Below, piece by piece: positions 59,920 to 64,000 of a stretch of DNA of 64,000 nt. The stretch is from Macrostomum lignano (taxonomy: Eukaryota). How positions within the stretch are numbered: position 1 is the first letter of the stretch; each line of letters begins with the position of its first letter. Position numbers and translations under genes: made by a program. The notes beneath the pieces were generated by a model, which was given only the letters and a program-made list of their open reading frames with translations, was not told the DNA's origin and made no database searches. The stretch lies in assembly GCA_002269645.1 (NCBI GenBank), contig NIVC01003374.1, positions 1 through 64,000 on the forward strand. The letters are read 5' to 3'.

Positions 59920-61070
59920 GTGGGGTGCGCCACTTCTTTGAGAGAGGCGCCACTTTATTTGGGAGCGTCGCCACTTCTGTGAGAGAGGCGCCACTTTATT
60001 TGAGAGATGCTGCGAGGCGCCACTTCTTCGAGAGTGGCGCCAATTTATTTTAAAGAGGGGCCACTTAACTTCAAAGAGGCGCCACTTTACTTCAGAGAGG
60101 CGCCACTTCTTTGAGAGAGGCGCCAAATTATTTGAGAGAGGCGCCAAATTATTTGAGAGAGGCGTCACTTTATTTGAGAGAGGCGCCACTTTACATGTAT
60201 TTGAGAGAGGCGCCACTTTATTTGAGAGGTGCCACTTCTTTGAGAGAGGCGCCACTTCTTTGAGAGAGGCGCCACGAGAGGTGCCACTTCTTTGAGAGAG
60301 GCGCCACTTTATTTGAGAGGCGCCACTTCTTTGAGAGAGGCGCCACTTCTTTAAGAGAGGCGCCACTTTATTTGAGAGGTGCCACTTCTTTGAGAGAGGC
60401 GCCACTTCTTTGAGAGAGGCGCCACTTTATTTGAGAGAGGCGCCACTTTATTTGAGAGAGGCGGCACTTTATTTGAGAGAGGCGCCACTTCTTTGAGAGA
60501 GGCGCCACTTTATTTGAGAGATGCCGCGAGGCGCCACTTCTTTGAGAGTGGCGCCAATTTATTTTAAAGAGGGGCCACTTAACTTCAAAGAGGCGCCACT
60601 TTTTTGAGAGAGGCGCCAAATTATTTGATAGAGGCGCGTCTTTGAGAGAGGCGCCACTTTATTTGAGAGAGGCGCCACTTCTTTGAGAGAGGCGCCACTT
60701 TATTTGAGAGGTGCCACTTCTTTGAGAGAGGCGCCACTTTACATGTATTTGAGAGAGGCGCCACTTCTTTGAGAGAGGCGCCACTTTATTTGAGAGAGGC
60801 GCCACTTTATTTGAGAGGTGCCACTTCTTTAAGAGAGGCGCCACTTCTTTAAGAGAGGCGCCACTTTATTTGAGAGGTGCCACTTCTTTGAGAGAGGCGC
60901 CACTTCTTTGAGAGAGGCGCCACTTTATTTGAGAGAGGCGCCACTTTATTTGAGAGAGGCGGCACTTTATTTGAGAGAGGCGCCACTTCTTTGAGAGAGG
61001 CGCCACTTTATTTGAGAGAGGCGCCATTTCTTTGAGAGAGGCGCCACTTTATTTAAGAGAGGCGCCAGTC
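59920..61070. repeat. About 21-bp GGCGCC-containing minisatellite
   Basis: Unit gagagaggcgccactttattt / gagagaggcgccacttcttt; internal block at about 60003-60085 recurs at about 60520-60600. Confidence 0.95.
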
Positions 61071-63239
61071 CCAAGGAGCGTCAGCACCAAAGGGCGCCAA
61101 TGCAGGGGGTGGGGCTTTAAGCAGTAAGTGCCGAAAATCAAGGTAGCAGTCGCTCCCGCAGCCAGAGAGTAGGCAAGCAGTTGCGCCTAATTATGGCACT
61201 CATCACCGAGCACTCTCAGACACACTGATACACACCCTCAATTATTTCAGTTCTGCACATTGAAGCTGGTAGAGATCGCATAATTACGATCTGCGAAACA
61301 GTTACGATTTTGCACCTTTAGAACCTGAGCAGCACACAGCAGGATATAACTGAGAAACTCTCAGAGAATAATGAAGATAGATGATGTAGATGCATATATA
61401 CGACTGGGGTTGGAGTACAGATTGGTAATCAGGCTGGTATTGTGCATTCCCAGTTATTATATCGCAGTTTTATTTTGGCTCTACATCGATACCCTTGCAC
61501 AGCCTCCTGCTATAGAGGGAGAATTTGGCTTCATCCCAATTATTTTGGAACATCATCTATCTTGTCAGCTGGACTTCAGCTAAGCTCTCTAGGAATTTGG
61601 TATCTGGCTAAAATTCGATGCAGATCAGGCCATGGACTGTGCTAATGTAGCTTCCGGAATAGAAATCCATTGCAACAACATACGTTTAGACCACACACAT
61701 TATGCATAATTGTCGGTCTTATTGATTTGTGTATTGCGGCAGTTGCCAGTTGTGTGGAAGATTAATTTTGGCAAAGGTTTTTCCGTTTCGTATTTGATTT
61801 ATTATTAAAATATTGTTTCCACCCACGATTGCAGAACTCCATGGCTTGGCCAGCCAATTCAGCAAGTTAAAGAGGCGGTTTCTAGTTCGGCTCTGCCTCT
61901 CGGTCTCCCCATCCACTTCCTTGCCCTCTTTGCATTTTCACTCTTTGCATCCCCATTTATAAAATCGGCCCGAGGCACGCACCGCTGGCCGCGAATTCCT
62001 TTTTACAAGCAGAACGCAAATTTGTGGGATTGTTGAAACACAGCCCTGCTGCCGATTTTTAATTAATCTGCACCCATTACTAAAAACTGATGGGCCGATT
62101 TGTATGCCGATTCGATTCCGCGCGCCATCGTAAAAAACCCATGCATGCGTGCACTTTTAACTCGCTTTTCAATGAGATTGTATAAAAAGAGACAGAGGGA
62201 GAGAGAGGGGGGGAACGCAACTCAGAAATGCTGTATGCCAATTTCGTTAATGCATTTCTTTCCCCATAATAAATTTCCAAAGCTCTCAAATACCCGGGGG
62301 GGGGGGGGGTGAATCATCTGTCCCCCTTTTTTGAACGAATTTCATACCACGCCATATCCCTTGGATATCCGCGATCCCAGTCCTGCAAAGTGGGATAGAG
62401 TCCAGGCTGGTGAGTCAAGTAGGGGGAAGAGCTGAGCAGCGGTGGGTGACCCGTCCGTCTTCCATCCGGGATCTCCGCTGCCAACTGATCTCCGCTGTCT
62501 GCTGCTCGCTCTTTTTCTTGCCTAATCGACTGCCTCGAGGAGGCTGGGGATGAGGATTCTCGGGGTGGACGTCCTCGGAGCTTGGGGTGGCTCCTTTTTA
62601 GCTCATCATCAACAACCTGTCCTTCTCCCAGCCCCGCCGTCCTCTCTCAAAACCTTTCTCTCAACTCGAACTCTTCTCTGCTAACCCACACCCCCGACCT
62701 ACGGGCGCGCATTCGACTCAACTGCAGATGGCTGACTCCCTTTCCCTGTCCTCTGTTCCCCTCCAGCCCCCTCCCTGTCTCCCTGACTCTGCGTGCCTCG
62801 CTCTCGTCCTTTTCCCGAGCTTGCGCGGCCTGAGCTCGCGCCGAAGCCCCCCCCTCCACAGCACCAACACTGGCAGAGTGCGACAGAACGGGCAAACAAG
62901 ACTTTAACGCTGGGTTATCGATGGACGATATTGGGCGGGAGTTTGGGGAAGGGGATGTCCATCTCTACCCACTCTCACTTCTCCAAACCTCTCTCCATCA
63001 ATCCCGCTTCTCTGGACCCTCTCTCCCTCTCTCTCTTACCCCCTTGACTGCCGCCACGCCTCTGAGGTTAACTAGTCGCCAAGACTTCTTAGCAGTTCAA
63101 CCCACTCATCCATCCTTAACACTGCCGATCTTCTCAAGTTAATAACTGTACTGATTTGGCTGCCTTTCTTGTAACTGCAATTCTATTAACCTCGAGCTAA
63201 ATATTGACTGAACTGACTGCTCAGTCGCGTCAGAAGAGA

Positions 63240-63519
63240 ATGGTGTCTCAGGTGCCAAGCGGAGCGGCTGCCGCGGCGTCGGCCTGCGGCAAGAAGCGGG
63301 CTCTGGTGCACATGATGTGCATCAACGCGTGCAGCGCCTTCTTCATCCTGACGGTTTCCGTGTCGACCGACTTCTGGATCTACACCTTCGAGAGGGAGAC
63401 GAGCGTCAACGGGACAACGAAAATCAACGCCATGCACTCGGGCCTGTGGCGAAAGTGCTTCGAAAGGAAAACCATGCCAGCTGGGAAAAAGACTCACTTT
63501 GTGTGGACTCAGGAAGCCA
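63240..63519 (+). CDS. PMP22/claudin-superfamily protein, CACNG/TARP (stargazin)-like, exon 1 (gene continues beyond window)
   Basis: TM1 followed by VSTDFWIY and MHSGLWRKC, resembling CACNG GTDYWLY...THSGLWRTC; donor A|GTGAGT at 63520. Confidence 0.8.
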
Positions 63520-63744
63520 GTGAGTATCAATTGCATCGTTCTGTGTTTGTTTGCCATCGATTTCTCTTGATGATTAATGTCCAACACATGTTTTAGTTGA
63601 AATATCCGGCAGCAGAGACAACTGCAGCTATCACAACAGCTCACACGTTGTTGCGGCAATTGCTTTCATTGGCCGAAAGAGCAACGAGATTAAGCCCACT
63701 GATATTCGTAAGTTTACCTACTGTTGCAGCAGCTATAGTAGTGG

Positions 63745-64000
63745 GTACGTCTTTGTGGGCACGTCTTTGAGTTGCATGTCTTTGGGTTGCACGTCTTTGA
63801 GGGGCACGTCTTTGAGTTGCATGTCTTTGGGTTGCACGTCTTTGAGGGGCACGTCTTTGAGTTGCATGTCTTTGGGTTGCACGTCTTTGAGGGGCACGTC
63901 TTTGAGGGGCACTTCTTTGAGGGGCATGTCTTTGAGGGGGACGTCTTTGAGGGGCCCATCTTTGAGGGGCACATCTTTGAGGGGCACATCTTTGAGGGGC
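63745..64000. repeat. 20-bp minisatellite in the CACNG-like intron, running off the window
   Basis: gtctttgaggggcac / tctttgagttgcat units. Confidence 0.9.

Overview
Eukaryotic (metazoan) genomic DNA, not prokaryotic: it has spliceosomal GT-AG introns, poly-Q exons, SINEs and mariners. GC-rich exons with minisatellite-filled introns suggest a flatworm such as Macrostomum, but that is inference only. Genes reconstructed by hand with in-frame splice junctions: (1) two tandem paralogues encoding signal peptide + WSC + PAN/apple-like domain (minus; copy 1 is 1 nt short in a T-run); (2) an unusual 1022-aa protein (minus) with a D-x14-QxK nuclease-like motif, long coiled coil, Gly/Ala hydrophobic helices and a C-terminal J-domain; (3) ANAPC7 (minus, 5 exons, no initiator exon found); (4) neuron navigator/unc-53-like AAA ATPase (plus); (5) beta-arrestin (plus, 3 exons); (6) first exon of a CACNG/claudin-like gene (plus). 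From about 19.3 to 34.9 kb there is a gene-free, strongly CpG-depleted transposon graveyard. It holds a young DD34D mariner with about 198-bp TIRs, an old mariner whose codons show systematic CpG>TpG/CpA/TpA decay, and several MITEs. Roughly 13 kb (about 20%) of the window is unrelated 20-39-bp minisatellite, concentrated in and beside genes. Best leads: the nuclease-like/J-domain chimeric protein, the CpG/CpA-decay domain, a possible spliced-leader-supplied start codon for ANAPC7, and introns made almost entirely of minisatellite, one carrying on the order of 100 tandem CAG|GT sites. No CRISPR array, rRNA or intact tRNA was seen.
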